Shown in pieces: positions 51,067 through 60,798 of a stretch of 64,000 bases of DNA; within the stretch, counting starts at the first letter, position 1; the number at the start of each line of letters is the position of its first letter. The stretch comes from a virus. The stretch lies in UHGV virus genome UHGV-0049167, one strand, 5' to 3'. Below the pieces are notes generated by a model. It saw only the letters and a program-made list of their open reading frames with translations, ran no database searches and had not been told where the DNA came from. The translations under genes were made by a program, and so were the position numbers.

Positions 51067-51489
51067 ATGATTATGCAAAGACTTGACACATATGATGAGA
51101 TGCCGGAAGGAATGAGGCGATATCTATCTCAGTACGGATGGCATTTTTCAAAAAAACTCTGTGAATGTGCCATAAAAGACATGCGCACACTCAACAAGGT
51201 CACAGGCAAGAAAGAGCCGATGGAGATTATTTCCAAGGAAACAGTGGAAGATCTGTTGAAAAAATATAACTTGAATGTTGATAATTGTAAGGGTTATGAT
51301 GCCGTCTACGTATGGCATATGGCAAAGGCGGATTATTTTAAAAGCTCTGTTGTTGACGAGGCTCATCTGGCGTTGTTCGTGAAAGATTATCTGGACGATA
51401 CCGATGGTTACGACGGCGTGGCTCTTACACGCTATCTTGCTGACTGTATCGGAAACGGGACTCCTGTCGAATGGGAAGATGTATTATGA
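51067..51489 (+). CDS. hypothetical protein
   Basis: 140-aa ORF. Confidence 0.4.
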   Translation: MIMQRLDTYDEMPEGMRRYLSQYGWHFSKKLCECAIKDMRTLNKVTGKKEPMEIISKETVEDLLKKYNLNVDNCKGYDAVYVWHMAKADYFKSSVVDEAHLALFVKDYLDDTDGYDGVALTRYLADCIGNGTPVEWEDVL

Positions 51490-51914
51490 TTGTACAGGAT
51501 TTCGGTTTGCCAGACTATGACTGGAGGATTAGGGTATACTATGCTGTGACGACTTATTGGACAGATGTCATAGTTAATGACCTCATGCGTATCGGTTGTG
51601 GGGGATGTGAGTTGCGTGATGCTTATATGAGTCTCAGACGCGGAGAACTTGATACCGAACTTACATATTCCAACCGAAGCACGCATGAGAGCATCATGGT
51701 TATCGGTCTAACATCATCAGCCGCGCAGTTCCAGAACTCACTCGACCATGAGAAAGGGCATCTCATCAAACATATATCTGTCGCCTTCGGTCTTGACCCT
51801 TATGGTGAAGAGCAACAGTATTTAAGCGGGGAAATAGGGCAGAGGATGTTTCCCGTTGCCCGGAAGTTCCTTTGTGAGCATTGCAGGAGAAAACTTTATG
51901 AAGAAAGATATTGA
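51486..51914 (+). CDS. hypothetical protein (contains HEKGH motif)
   Basis: ORF table 51471; ATG at 51486 gives ATGA coupling; HExxH-like HEKGHLIKH of uncertain significance. Confidence 0.4.
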   Translation: MIVQDFGLPDYDWRIRVYYAVTTYWTDVIVNDLMRIGCGGCELRDAYMSLRRGELDTELTYSNRSTHESIMVIGLTSSAAQFQNSLDHEKGHLIKHISVAFGLDPYGEEQQYLSGEIGQRMFPVARKFLCEHCRRKLYEERY

Positions 51915-52018
51915 CATATTGATAGAAAAAGCGGACGGCATGAAGTACTGCGACTTCTGCCGCTTGCTCTTCGTCCTCTATTGGAACTTAGGTACGGAAT
52001 AAGAGGATTTCCCTAAAA

Positions 52019-52543
52019 TTACAATCCCTTTCTCCTCCCATACTCACATATCAGCAAGGCGTCGCACTTGTTGTCGTCATCGTCCTTGCATCTCTCTGTC
52101 CTACGGAAGTCTATGCGGGGGAAAAGACGCTTTCCCGCGTTCAGCGAGGTTTTTTTTGTATCAATCCTCCTGAGGGTCTTCCCGTTTGTACATTTCGACT
52201 TATACTCCTTATCTTGATTAATCCATATCTCACCCTGCCATATCTTAGGCTGAACAAGATGGTATGGAATACCCAATGCTGTAAGAATCCCTATAAGTAT
52301 TCCATTGATTTTTCCAAATGCGAATGTAGATTTTGCAGACGAGCCTAATATTGCATGTACTTCTTCCATACAGCATACGACGTTACAGTCGCTTGCAAAA
52401 ATTATACCTTTAAGAAAGTCCACAATCTTTGCATATCCGGCATCCTTTATCGAAAGGAAGTCTTTCATCCCGTTCGCATACATTACGGCTATGAACCCTG
52501 CACTTCCAGGGTCTATCCCTATATAAACTCTTCCGCTATCCAT
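52019..52543 (-). CDS. RuvC-like Holliday junction resolvase
   Basis: 174 aa; N-terminal VYIGIDPGSAGFIAVMY matches the RuvC-fold first catalytic motif. Confidence 0.6.
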   Translation of the reverse strand: MDSGRVYIGIDPGSAGFIAVMYANGMKDFLSIKDAGYAKIVDFLKGIIFASDCNVVCCMEEVHAILGSSAKSTFAFGKINGILIGILTALGIPYHLVQPKIWQGEIWINQDKEYKSKCTNGKTLRRIDTKKTSLNAGKRLFPRIDFRRTERCKDDDDNKCDALLICEYGRRKGL

Positions 52544-52572
52544 TCGTCAGTATTTTGTGTTGTATAGTGTTT

Positions 52573-53058
52573 TTACAGTGTATTCTGCTCATTGACCTCA
52601 TTTTTCTTATTATTCCCGTCAGCCTTGCCTTTATCGACCTTAATCTCAACAAACTCTCCTTTTCCGAGCCTCGCCCTGTTTATGCAATCGCCAATCCATT
52701 GCAACAGGTAAGACAAATGTTCGTTGTGCCCTCCATATTCTCGTGCCAATGGCAATACGTTCATAAAAGCGTCAAATACGTGTGAAGCCTCATGGCAGAT
52801 ATTACCCATTGTCATGTTTGTCTTGCCTTTGAAAACCACCAGTTCGCCATACTTGCCGTCCGCTTTCGAACATACTTCTGTAAAAGTCGTTGCAAAACAG
52901 TCCTTGTCATCCCATTTAATCTCATCTCCGTCATGCTCCGTGAAGCAACTCTGTATCTCCGCCCCTGTGGCCTGTGGCATCACCCACAGCTTTCTCGGAT
53001 ATATCACCGGGTCGTATTCATAATAGCCTTTCTTCATACTTTTTCCTTTACACACCAC
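52573..53058 (-). CDS. hypothetical protein
   Basis: 161-aa ORF. Confidence 0.4.
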   Translation of the reverse strand: MVCKGKSMKKGYYEYDPVIYPRKLWVMPQATGAEIQSCFTEHDGDEIKWDDKDCFATTFTEVCSKADGKYGELVVFKGKTNMTMGNICHEASHVFDAFMNVLPLAREYGGHNEHLSYLLQWIGDCINRARLGKGEFVEIKVDKGKADGNNKKNEVNEQNTL

Positions 53059-53095
53059 TTAAATTTGTTCCATAATCCTTCTTTCATAAGCAATA

Positions 53096-53308
53096 TCATT
53101 TGTTTGTCGTTTGTTTCCCTATATGATACATCGAACATACCTTGCATTGGTAAATCCCATACCCTTGCAGCCCCTTGGCCTCTATAAACGCCTCGGCCTC
53201 GTCCTTGCTCCGAAAGCCGCGCTTCGCCACGCCGCGCTTGTTATAATGGCACCTGCGGCTCGGCTTCCGCTCAAACGGCTGCTTGCATATATGTAGCTTT
53301 ATCGCCAT
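53096..53308 (-). CDS. hypothetical small basic protein
   Basis: 70 aa, Cys pairs (CKQP...CKVCSMYH). Confidence 0.3.
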   Translation of the reverse strand: MAIKLHICKQPFERKPSRRCHYNKRGVAKRGFRSKDEAEAFIEAKGLQGYGIYQCKVCSMYHIGKQTTNK

Positions 53309-53368
53309 TCCGATTTAATAAGAACGGTGCAAGCTCAAAGCCCACACCGCCTTAATTTTACTTCCACG

Positions 53369-53797
53369 TCAGACTGGTTTGTTAGAAAGCTGGCTCATAC
53401 GCTCGTCAAGTACATCAAGGTAGCCTTGCATAATACCCTCCTGCTTAGAAAGCAGCTTCCTTTGGTACTCATCAGTAACCGTCTCCAAGAATTTCGGAGA
53501 CTCTATGAACGAACGTAGCTTAGTGAGCTTGTCATGCAGTTCCGTACGCTCGATATAAAGACGGTCAAGAAACGTGTCAGCGCGCTTGTACGCTTTGTCA
53601 AACGGTTCAGCAGGCGACCAGCTTTCATAACCGTCTTGATAGCGGACATGATAACCAGCGTTTGACTTCTCGTTTTCGTTAGGCACTCGGCCTGCTTGCA
53701 GCAATCCTTTCTCGTAAGCCTCGCCCATAGTCATAGGTTCGGCTTCAATCTGTTTTGTTCCGATGTACTTTTTCATAATTATTTGTTTTATATCCAA
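53369..53797 (-). CDS. hypothetical protein
   Basis: 142-aa ORF. Confidence 0.4.
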   Translation of the reverse strand: MDIKQIIMKKYIGTKQIEAEPMTMGEAYEKGLLQAGRVPNENEKSNAGYHVRYQDGYESWSPAEPFDKAYKRADTFLDRLYIERTELHDKLTKLRSFIESPKFLETVTDEYQRKLLSKQEGIMQGYLDVLDERMSQLSNKPV

Positions 53798-54357
53798 TGT
53801 ATAGTTGGTGTTCCATTAAATCCTTTTTCAAATACAAACCAAGCGTAGCATACAGCTCCGTTCCCGTACCTCTCAAAGTCGCCGTTCTTCGCGCAGCTCA
53901 CCCTCTTCGAGAACACCCATATCCTGCTCGGCGGCGTCCTCTCAAACAGCTTTCTGCGCTCCTGACCCTCTAAAAACGTCAGCTTCAGCAGCATGGCAAC
54001 CTTGCGGCCATCGCCGACACACTCAAGAGCCTTATCCACGAAACGCTGCGCGTATTTATACGGTGGATTGGTAACGATGTCGCCTTCCCATTCCTCCGCA
54101 CAAGAGAGAAAATCCATCCTCTCATTGCCAATCCTGTCTATTATGTCGCTCTTCCGCACCTCGTAACCGTGCTTTTCCAGCACTCCCGATATGTGTCCCA
54201 GCCCTACGCACGGCTCCCATATCATGCGGTCAAAGTCCTCCACCGCGAGCAATGCCTCGACCGCCTTCGGGTCTGTTACGTACAAGTCCTCCGGCTGGCG
54301 TTCTTCTTTTGTGTGGTTGCTCGCCCCCAAAGGGGCAAATACGCATTTGTCACTCAT
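53788..54357 (-). CDS. small DNA methyltransferase (NPPY-type, N6-adenine or N4-cytosine)
   Basis: 189 aa; SAM-binding-like EPCVGLGHI and catalytic DIVTNPPYK; no adjacent restriction endonuclease recognised. Confidence 0.65.
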   Translation of the reverse strand: MSDKCVFAPLGASNHTKEERQPEDLYVTDPKAVEALLAVEDFDRMIWEPCVGLGHISGVLEKHGYEVRKSDIIDRIGNERMDFLSCAEEWEGDIVTNPPYKYAQRFVDKALECVGDGRKVAMLLKLTFLEGQERRKLFERTPPSRIWVFSKRVSCAKNGDFERYGNGAVCYAWFVFEKGFNGTPTIHWI

Positions 54358-54881
54358 GCACCTGCTGTATATGTTCCTGTTATTGGAGCCGTAGTGCTGT
54401 CTGAAAGATGGGCTGTGCTTGTTATCTCCGCCCCATTGATATTCAATTCGATAGATGTTATTTTTGCACCAGTTTCACCTTTCGCACCGGTTGCTCCCTG
54501 CGCGCCTGTGTCCCCTTTGTCTCCCTTTGCACCTTGCTCTCCGGCAGGACCTTGTGCGCCAACGGCACCTTTGGGAATTGAGAATTTTATTTTATACTTT
54601 GGATTTCCGCTTCCGTCGTTGCCATTTGCTACGACTTGGACTGCCGCACTTTCACCTGCTTCAAGCGTATTCACATCGCCAGTCTCAAAAACAGGCGTCT
54701 TGCCGTCGGCTCCTTTGGCTCCCGTAGGACCTTGCGCACCTGCATCACCTTTCATACCTTTAAAAAGCGATGCTTTCGCTTTATACGTCGTCTGCCCGTC
54801 AGACAACGGAATAACCTCGTTCCCTGAAAGTGAGCCTTTTTCAGTCAGCTCGCTTATTTTCTTTCCACCTTTACTTTCCAT
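54354..54881 (-). CDS. collagen-like (Gly-X-Y) repeat protein
   Basis: ORF table start 54917; ATG at 54881 preceded by AAGGAGG; runs of [17 protein letters not shown] and [36 protein letters not shown]. Confidence 0.5.
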   Translation of the reverse strand: MESKGGKKISELTEKGSLSGNEVIPLSDGQTTYKAKASLFKGMKGDAGAQGPTGAKGADGKTPVFETGDVNTLEAGESAAVQVVANGNDGSGNPKYKIKFSIPKGAVGAQGPAGEQGAKGDKGDTGAQGATGAKGETGAKITSIELNINGAEITSTAHLSDSTTAPITGTYTAGA

Positions 54882-54904
54882 TTTTACCTCCTTTTTTATT
54901 TTTA

Positions 54905-55288
54905 TTATTCCAAACACAATTCATAGCCGTCATCGGCCAACAGGCTGCTCCCGTCATCGGCTAAGACACGCAGGTCGTTGTCAATGGGAATGTCCTTAGC
55001 CTCGCCGCCAAGTTCCATGACCTTGCAAGCCGTCACCGGGCTTGAACTTTGTATGGTTACCTCCATACCGGCCACGCCTTCTATTCGTACTATCACCGAT
55101 TCATTCTCGTAATAGCCCTTTGGCAAGTAAACCGGGGCGGGGCGTAAGCCTCCAATGCTCTTGTAAACATACAGCCCACCTTTTCTTGAACGTACTATAT
55201 GTACGTCAATGGTATCCGCATCGGGGCTTAACGTACATTTGTACGCCCCTTCTCCTGTCCTTACAAATTCTGTTGTCGTCATTGCCAT
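54905..55288 (-). CDS. hypothetical protein
   Basis: 127-aa ORF. Confidence 0.4.
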   Translation of the reverse strand: MAMTTTEFVRTGEGAYKCTLSPDADTIDVHIVRSRKGGLYVYKSIGGLRPAPVYLPKGYYENESVIVRIEGVAGMEVTIQSSSPVTACKVMELGGEAKDIPIDNDLRVLADDGSSLLADDGYELCLE

Positions 55289-55794
55289 ATTTTTATTATC
55301 TTATTCGGCTCGTCAGGCTTCGCAATCTCCTCAACCGTGACGTCGCCGCTATATTTGACATCGTTATACCCACCATACACGTAAACGTAGCATTTGCCGA
55401 CGCAGTTAATCCGAACGTTACTCCTGCCACACACGTATATTTTGCACACAGAGCCTTCGGGAACAAGGAGTGACGTGTTGCACCCGACAAGCAAATTCAA
55501 CGTCGCTGGCTGAAAAATATCGCCTCCGTAGTCAACATACAGCTTCGATGTATAACCGCCCTTGTCACGTACATAATTGTTGTTCATGTAGTCACCGAAG
55601 TTGCCAAGGATGTATCTCTTGGACAATCCCCATCCCTCGGCTATCGACTTTGCCATGAACTCGACTCCATTGGCGTCCAAAGCCATGTCGACAAGGTCTT
55701 TCTTTCCCTTAGCCTCGTTCCACTTGACCTTGTATCCGTCGCACAGCCCGAGCATTACAGCATTGCGTTTCAGCGTCAAAAGCTCATTATTCAT
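55279..55794 (-). CDS. hypothetical protein
   Basis: 171-aa ORF. Confidence 0.4.
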   Translation of the reverse strand: MNNELLTLKRNAVMLGLCDGYKVKWNEAKGKKDLVDMALDANGVEFMAKSIAEGWGLSKRYILGNFGDYMNNNYVRDKGGYTSKLYVDYGGDIFQPATLNLLVGCNTSLLVPEGSVCKIYVCGRSNVRINCVGKCYVYVYGGYNDVKYSGDVTVEEIAKPDEPNKIIKIWQ

Positions 55795-56140
55795 TGTTAA
55801 TCTCTAATTTTTCATTTATGTATTTGTCGACTTCCCTGTATATCACATCCGTGAAAACCATCAGCCGTACTTTCCTCACTTTCTTTATTACTGATGAAAC
55901 ATTCATGCCTGCCCTTTGTGCTATGACAGAATATGGCAGACCGTATCTGTCATGCAAGAGTCGGAAACAGAAATGTCTTGCGGTCGCGACAGGCAGCGGG
56001 ATATTGCCTTTTTTGTTGTATAATACGTTCACAGATACGTGTGCTGCTTCTGGACGCAGTTCCATGAAGATTCGGTTTACAGCCTCGCATACAAGAGTCT
56101 CCGCATTGGTGATAAGTGTCTCATTATACATATGTATCAT
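55787..56140 (-). CDS. putative helix-turn-helix DNA-binding protein
   Basis: 117 aa; RHFCFRLLHDRYGLPYSVIAQRAG loosely resembles a DnaA-C-terminal-type HTH; weak. Confidence 0.3.
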   Translation of the reverse strand: MIHMYNETLITNAETLVCEAVNRIFMELRPEAAHVSVNVLYNKKGNIPLPVATARHFCFRLLHDRYGLPYSVIAQRAGMNVSSVIKKVRKVRLMVFTDVIYREVDKYINEKLEINNE

Positions 56141-56553
56141 AATTGTCTTTTTCTTAAATCATCCTCTCCGAGAAGGGGGAAGTTGACTGGATACACAAAA
56201 CCCAATATGGTTCCTCTGTATCTGTCCCCCTCACGCCCAAGCCCCTCGCGAACCATTTGTCTCCAATTATCACCTGGGATATATGGTATCACTATACGCC
56301 TCTGTTCTTTCCACATGGCAATCTTGGTAAGTTCAGGATTCTTGGGCTTGCGAGCTATGAGTGTCAACATAGGGTGTGGAAGCTGATGCTGGTGTAATGA
56401 TGTCTTATGTATGCCATTCTGCAGGTAAGGGATGAATATGCCTCTCCTGCGCACACCGCTGGCATCATCAGCCTCCACCTCCCTCCAGTCACGGAAATTG
56501 GTCAAGTCCAGCCAAATCTTGAAATCATCGGATAGGGTGAAAAAATCGTCCAT
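56137..56553 (-). CDS. hypothetical protein
   Basis: 138-aa ORF. Confidence 0.4.
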   Translation of the reverse strand: MDDFFTLSDDFKIWLDLTNFRDWREVEADDASGVRRRGIFIPYLQNGIHKTSLHQHQLPHPMLTLIARKPKNPELTKIAMWKEQRRIVIPYIPGDNWRQMVREGLGREGDRYRGTILGFVYPVNFPLLGEDDLRKRQL

Positions 56554-56556
56554 GGC

Positions 56557-57087
56557 TCATTTCCCTTTCTCAGTCAGGGCGTCAATCGCCTCATCGAGTA
56601 TCTTTGCTTTCTCACCTTGCTCAAACTCTTCTTTCGGGTCTTCCTCTCTTACGGGAGCCGCCATGGATTCTTCGAGACGCGCCTGCATCTTTGCAAGCCA
56701 TTCCATGTATTCCAAAGAATACTTAGTCGCTCTTTCCTCATCAATAAAAGATGTGAGAGGTGCCATCAGGTTGGACTGTGTCATGATAACCATAGCCTCA
56801 AGTATTTCGCCCTTTGTGCGTCCATTTTCATCGAATGGCTCGCCTTCATGACCGTCATACGCTTTCTTGACATCAATCAGGTTGTCGAGCCATGCATAGA
56901 GACTCTTAGGATGCGCCTTACCGTCAAGCCCAATGGCGTATGGCGTGACCCATATGTGGAATCCTGTGTATGTCTTGAACATTATGCCCGATTTTGTCCT
57001 GATAAGCTCAAAACCTCCGAAATGAACTCTCTCCGTCACATGACTGGATGATATTTTAAACTCATAACTTTTCGCTGTCCTTGCCAT
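56557..57087 (-). CDS. hypothetical protein
   Basis: 176-aa ORF. Confidence 0.4.
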   Translation of the reverse strand: MARTAKSYEFKISSSHVTERVHFGGFELIRTKSGIMFKTYTGFHIWVTPYAIGLDGKAHPKSLYAWLDNLIDVKKAYDGHEGEPFDENGRTKGEILEAMVIMTQSNLMAPLTSFIDEERATKYSLEYMEWLAKMQARLEESMAAPVREEDPKEEFEQGEKAKILDEAIDALTEKGK

Positions 57088-57093
57088 ATGTTG

Positions 57094-57687
57094 TTATCTT
57101 TTGGTTTTCTTCGTCCTTTTAGTTCCCTTATAATCGGTCGCAGACATTATGGTTCTCATTTCCTCCGGTCCCTCCTCAGTATGCATTATCTCAGCCCCTT
57201 CGGGCGGAGACGTTTCCATACTTTCCTTAGCCGCATGTTCCATAGCGTCGGCAGCGATGTCCGCCGGATTGTTCTCCAACTGTAACATTATACCCATCTC
57301 CCTCGACAGCATCTCCAGCTTGTCTGAGTCAGCGGACATTATCTCTTCCTCCCGCCCATTACCGAAAAATGACGATAACGAACGTCTTTGTGCGTCCACG
57401 CTCTTATATACATGCATGAAGCGTTTTTCATCAAAATAAATGTATGGATGGATTGATACGATACCGACAATCTGTGACATCAGACCGAAATCTTTTGTAT
57501 ACCTTATGACTCCGTCGGCTCTACGCTCTGCGAGAGCATAACTCTGGGTCATATTACGTTTCCTTACAAGTACTATCGCCTTTATCCAAAAGCCCATTCC
57601 TTCCTTGTATGCCTTAGGTAACTCCCTGCATGCTGTGGCTTCCAACGCGGATTTAAGTGACTGTTCTTTTATATCCATATATACCAT
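57094..57687 (-). CDS. hypothetical protein
   Basis: 197-aa ORF. Confidence 0.4.
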   Translation of the reverse strand: MVYMDIKEQSLKSALEATACRELPKAYKEGMGFWIKAIVLVRKRNMTQSYALAERRADGVIRYTKDFGLMSQIVGIVSIHPYIYFDEKRFMHVYKSVDAQRRSLSSFFGNGREEEIMSADSDKLEMLSREMGIMLQLENNPADIAADAMEHAAKESMETSPPEGAEIMHTEEGPEEMRTIMSATDYKGTKRTKKTKR

Positions 57688-57695
57688 TGTTTTTG

Positions 57696-58238
57696 TTATT
57701 CATCTCCTGAGAGGTAGTCCTCTATCGTCGTGTCGCTTACGCTAAACGTGCAGCCGTACACGTTCTTGAACTTAAATGGAACCTCCATGTATATTATGCC
57801 CTTCAGGGTGTCTGTGACAGGCTCACTCTTGTCCGACAGATACATCAACACCTTGCGCTGTCTTGCAGTGTCCCTGTATATGACGAGACCGCCGCTTACA
57901 TACTCAACAAAATTGTCATATACCTCACCGGCGGCTTTTATAGCTGCCTGCCTCGATTCTTCATTCGTGACATCACGTCCCAATGGGTCAAAAAAGTATA
58001 GGGTCAGCGTTATGTCTGTCTGCTCATATACCGACAACGGTGACACGTAAACTCTCGCCTTGTCACTCTCTGCATATGTCTCCGTATATATGCCTTTCTG
58101 AACGCCATAGGCGCGCAATCCTGTACACGACTTATACCTAAGCCCCTTGAAATGCTCCTCCAAGTCTACTTCATTGCCAAGTGACCAACCCGATTCTGAC
58201 TGAACAGCCTTCTTTATGTAAAAATGGTATTGAGGCAT
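57696..58238 (-). CDS. hypothetical protein (first gene of minus-strand early module)
   Basis: 180-aa ORF starting next to the ORF-free region. Confidence 0.4.
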   Translation of the reverse strand: MPQYHFYIKKAVQSESGWSLGNEVDLEEHFKGLRYKSCTGLRAYGVQKGIYTETYAESDKARVYVSPLSVYEQTDITLTLYFFDPLGRDVTNEESRQAAIKAAGEVYDNFVEYVSGGLVIYRDTARQRKVLMYLSDKSEPVTDTLKGIIYMEVPFKFKNVYGCTFSVSDTTIEDYLSGDE

Positions 58239-58340
58239 GTATACATTGTTTAATTAGACTACCCAAATATATACATTTACAATGCTTATACATTATTTTT
58301 TGCTGAAAATCAAACGTTTTTGTCATACAAGAACGCCCTT

Positions 58341-58361
58341 GTGTTGCATTTGTGTTGCATT
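58341..58361. repeat. tandem direct repeat GTGTTGCATT x2
   Basis: GTGTTGCATT-T-GTGTTGCATT read directly. Confidence 0.5.
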
Positions 58362-58460
58362 CTCGCTATTCCCTCCATCATAATTGATGGACTTGTGAAT
58401 TAAAAAAAAATAAAAAAAATTTGAGAATGGGTGGCATATGTTCGAACCTTGCCCTATAGC

Positions 58461-58468
58461 GGGGGGGG
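58461..58468. repeat. homopolymeric G8 tract in non-coding DNA
   Basis: AGCGGGGGGGGATACC read directly. Confidence 0.6.
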
Positions 58469-58644
58469 ATACCCTTTATATAAGAGTACGGATACCCACA
58501 AACGTGTAATATTTCGTTATGTCGCTTTTGTGCGCTGCTTTCACGTATGCAAATACACGTGTTTATTTATATGCCTTTAATCGTGCATTATTTGCGTGCA
58601 TAACGTCCGTATGTATGCAAATACGTAAATGTACCATATCTTTA

Positions 58645-58685
58645 TTAACGCGTATATATAAATATATTTATATAGTACGCGTTAA
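58645..58685. promoter_or_regulatory. 41-bp near-perfect palindrome (TTAACGCGTA arms around an AT-rich self-complementary core)
   Basis: TTAACGCGTATATATAAATATATTTATATAGTACGCGTTAA; outer 10-bp arms are exact reverse complements. Confidence 0.5.
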
Positions 58686-59062
58686 CTAAAGATATAAAAT
58701 CTTTTCGCGAATGCTCCGTACATTGCCTTTAAACAGTCCATAATAACACACACATTGCAACAACTGCAAAGCCGTGCGTTAACAGCCCGCCAATACATGG
58801 AGCGATAAGGGGCACACGCGCGTAACTTAAAGGCGTCAGAAGGCACGCAAACCGTGTTACTGCAAAGGTTTTAAGGTGTTTGTACTCTTATTTTGCATTA
58901 ACTGTAATACCTTGATTGTCAATGTGTTAAAGTGTTGTTTATTACATGAAAATAAACGGGATATAATTTTGTCATTTCAATATTTATTACTACATTTGCA
59001 ATGTAAGAGGTACGGAGAGAAACCCAAAGGCTTACAAGCGTTCTTTTTGGATATTGGGCAAT

Positions 59063-59097
59063 AAAAAAGCCCCTGCAAAGTCGCAATTTGCAGGGGC
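59063..59097 (-). terminator. intrinsic terminator (minus-strand orientation)
   Basis: 10-11 bp perfect stem CCCCTGCAAA / TTTGCAGGGG with 7-nt loop; A6 on the plus side gives a T-run after the stem on the minus strand. Confidence 0.55.
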
Positions 59098-59609
59098 GGC
59101 GCAAACGCAAAAGCGCTGCGAGTTCATCTACTGAACGGGCACAAAGTTAGTGATTTACTTTTGATTGTACAAGAAAAAGCGAAAGTAAATTCAATTTCCA
59201 AAGAAAAAAGAATGAGACGAGCAAAGGACCCGAAAAGGTCGAGCCATATAAACAACGTGCGAAAGTAATGCACTGGTACGGGCTTTACACCTACACAAAC
59301 AGCCCCCGAAAGCCGTTGAGGTGAACACGGCAAAGGAAGTCGCAATACTTCCGGGCGTTCATTGAAAAGGTATGATTTTGCGAATAACCCGCCAATGTGG
59401 GTCGCTAATAGCGAGGCGGTCTATATTGGTGTATGATACAGGGTGCCGAATGGGAAATGTAGTGCGGTAGTGTAGCGGCAATCGGTTTGCGCTGCACGAG
59501 TTGCTAATAGGCCGGTAGGACGGAAACAAACAAATTACCGTGTGAGAGAGAGAAACGCGCCGGGGTTGTGTATCCGGGGCGGAACTGTTTGGACGGCTTG
59601 CACGGAACG

Positions 59610-59643
59610 AAAAAACCGCCTGCAATAATGCAGACGGAGGCGG
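59610..59643 (-). terminator. intrinsic terminator candidate (minus-strand orientation)
   Basis: stem CCGCCT / AGGCGG enclosing an internal CTGCA-ATAA-TGCAG hairpin; A6 upstream on plus gives T6 after the stem on minus. Confidence 0.45.
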
Positions 59644-59768
59644 ACGGCCTTAACCGTCCAAATTCAAAAGCGTACTTATATGCGAATTTATTTTGTGTTT
59701 AAGTTGTGGCGTATTCGGTTACTCTTTATTGAGTTCCGAATAACTCTATTTAGATAATAGAGCCACGG

Positions 59769-59818
59769 CGCGGCGGTAATGTTAACGGCATTTGCCGCCG
59801 CGTTTCGCTTTTGTTCTG
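59769..59818 (+). terminator. intrinsic terminator candidate (plus-strand orientation)
   Basis: 8-bp GC stem CGCGGCGG / CCGCCGCG followed by TTTCGCTTTTGTTCTG. Confidence 0.45.
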
Positions 59819-60555
59819 CAAATATAGAGTTTATTTCTTTCGGTTGTTCCTTCTGTTAGGAATAATTAAGTAAAAACTCAGTAAAGCCGTAAGACGAAAG
59901 AAGCGATGTAAGGTTATGAAGAGACTGAGCTGTTTGAGGTAAGCCGTAAATGTATTACTGAGAAATTGAATATTTGTTCAAAATTAATCGATATTATAAA
60001 TCTTATCAGCTGCATCTATATCTTGACCATCATATTATGCAATATTTGTATAAGGCAAGCCGTGCTTGGCAAACCGTGAGTAAGCTCGACTGAATACGTA
60101 TTTAAAATCGAGGCAGCGACAGACATACCCGTCAATGTCTGGACTGATATGCAGTCGGCATGCGGTATTCAGACTGTATGGTACAGCATAATACTTAATG
60201 CATTATTTGACAATATACGCAAGACAGTTGCTATGCTTTGATTTTCAATGGTCAAGAAATTCCACTGTCAATGACTTTCAACGTTGTACGGTTCTTATTT
60301 CCCAAAAGATTTAACCCGAATCGGTCATCAGACTTCATCCTTATTTCGCACTGCTGTCAGCCAGATTATATTCAGCTTTTATCGGAAATATAGCGGGCTG
60401 CACCGGAAAAAAGCTGGAGGCAAGATTACGGCAGCAGTGCGGAATTGTAGTTATTTTGAATACTCCGACCTACGTTGGTAACTTGCGGAAATGATAGAGC
60501 GTTTCAAAAAGAGAGTGGAGAAGAAAATAAACGACAACTTTTAAAACATGCAACC

Positions 60556-60798
60556 ATGACACAGAAAAAAGCATTAAACCAATTAGAGGAATATTGCAGG
60601 GTGAACAATATGCACCTTATAAATTCAACCTTTATAAAAGGTGCGTACGCTCTTGTAATTCACGACGCACCTGGCGAATGGGTGCAGGGTGTGGCAAACA
60701 TGCCTTGCCGCCGTTTGAGCGGATATTTAACCCCGAAAGAGCTGCTTTTGTGGCTTGACGGCTATCATGCAGGACTTCAGGCGAACAAAAACAAATAA
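60556..60798 (+). CDS. hypothetical protein
   Basis: ORF table 60475; internal ATG at 60556 (MTQKKALNQLEEY...) preferred. Confidence 0.3.
   Translation: MTQKKALNQLEEYCRVNNMHLINSTFIKGAYALVIHDAPGEWVQGVANMPCRRLSGYLTPKELLLWLDGYHAGLQANKNK

Noticed and set aside
58436-58460. tRNA-like T-loop (GTTCGAACC) near 58441
   Set aside because: No flanking stems that could form a T-arm or acceptor stem; isolated motif only.
59100-59660. Specific identification of the ORF-free region as RNase P RNA, tmRNA or a group II intron
   Set aside because: Only loose resemblance to short conserved elements (for example AGGAAGTC...CCGGGCG versus the RNase P P4 region); no tag-peptide reading frame, no domain V consensus. 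Left as an unclassified structured-RNA candidate.
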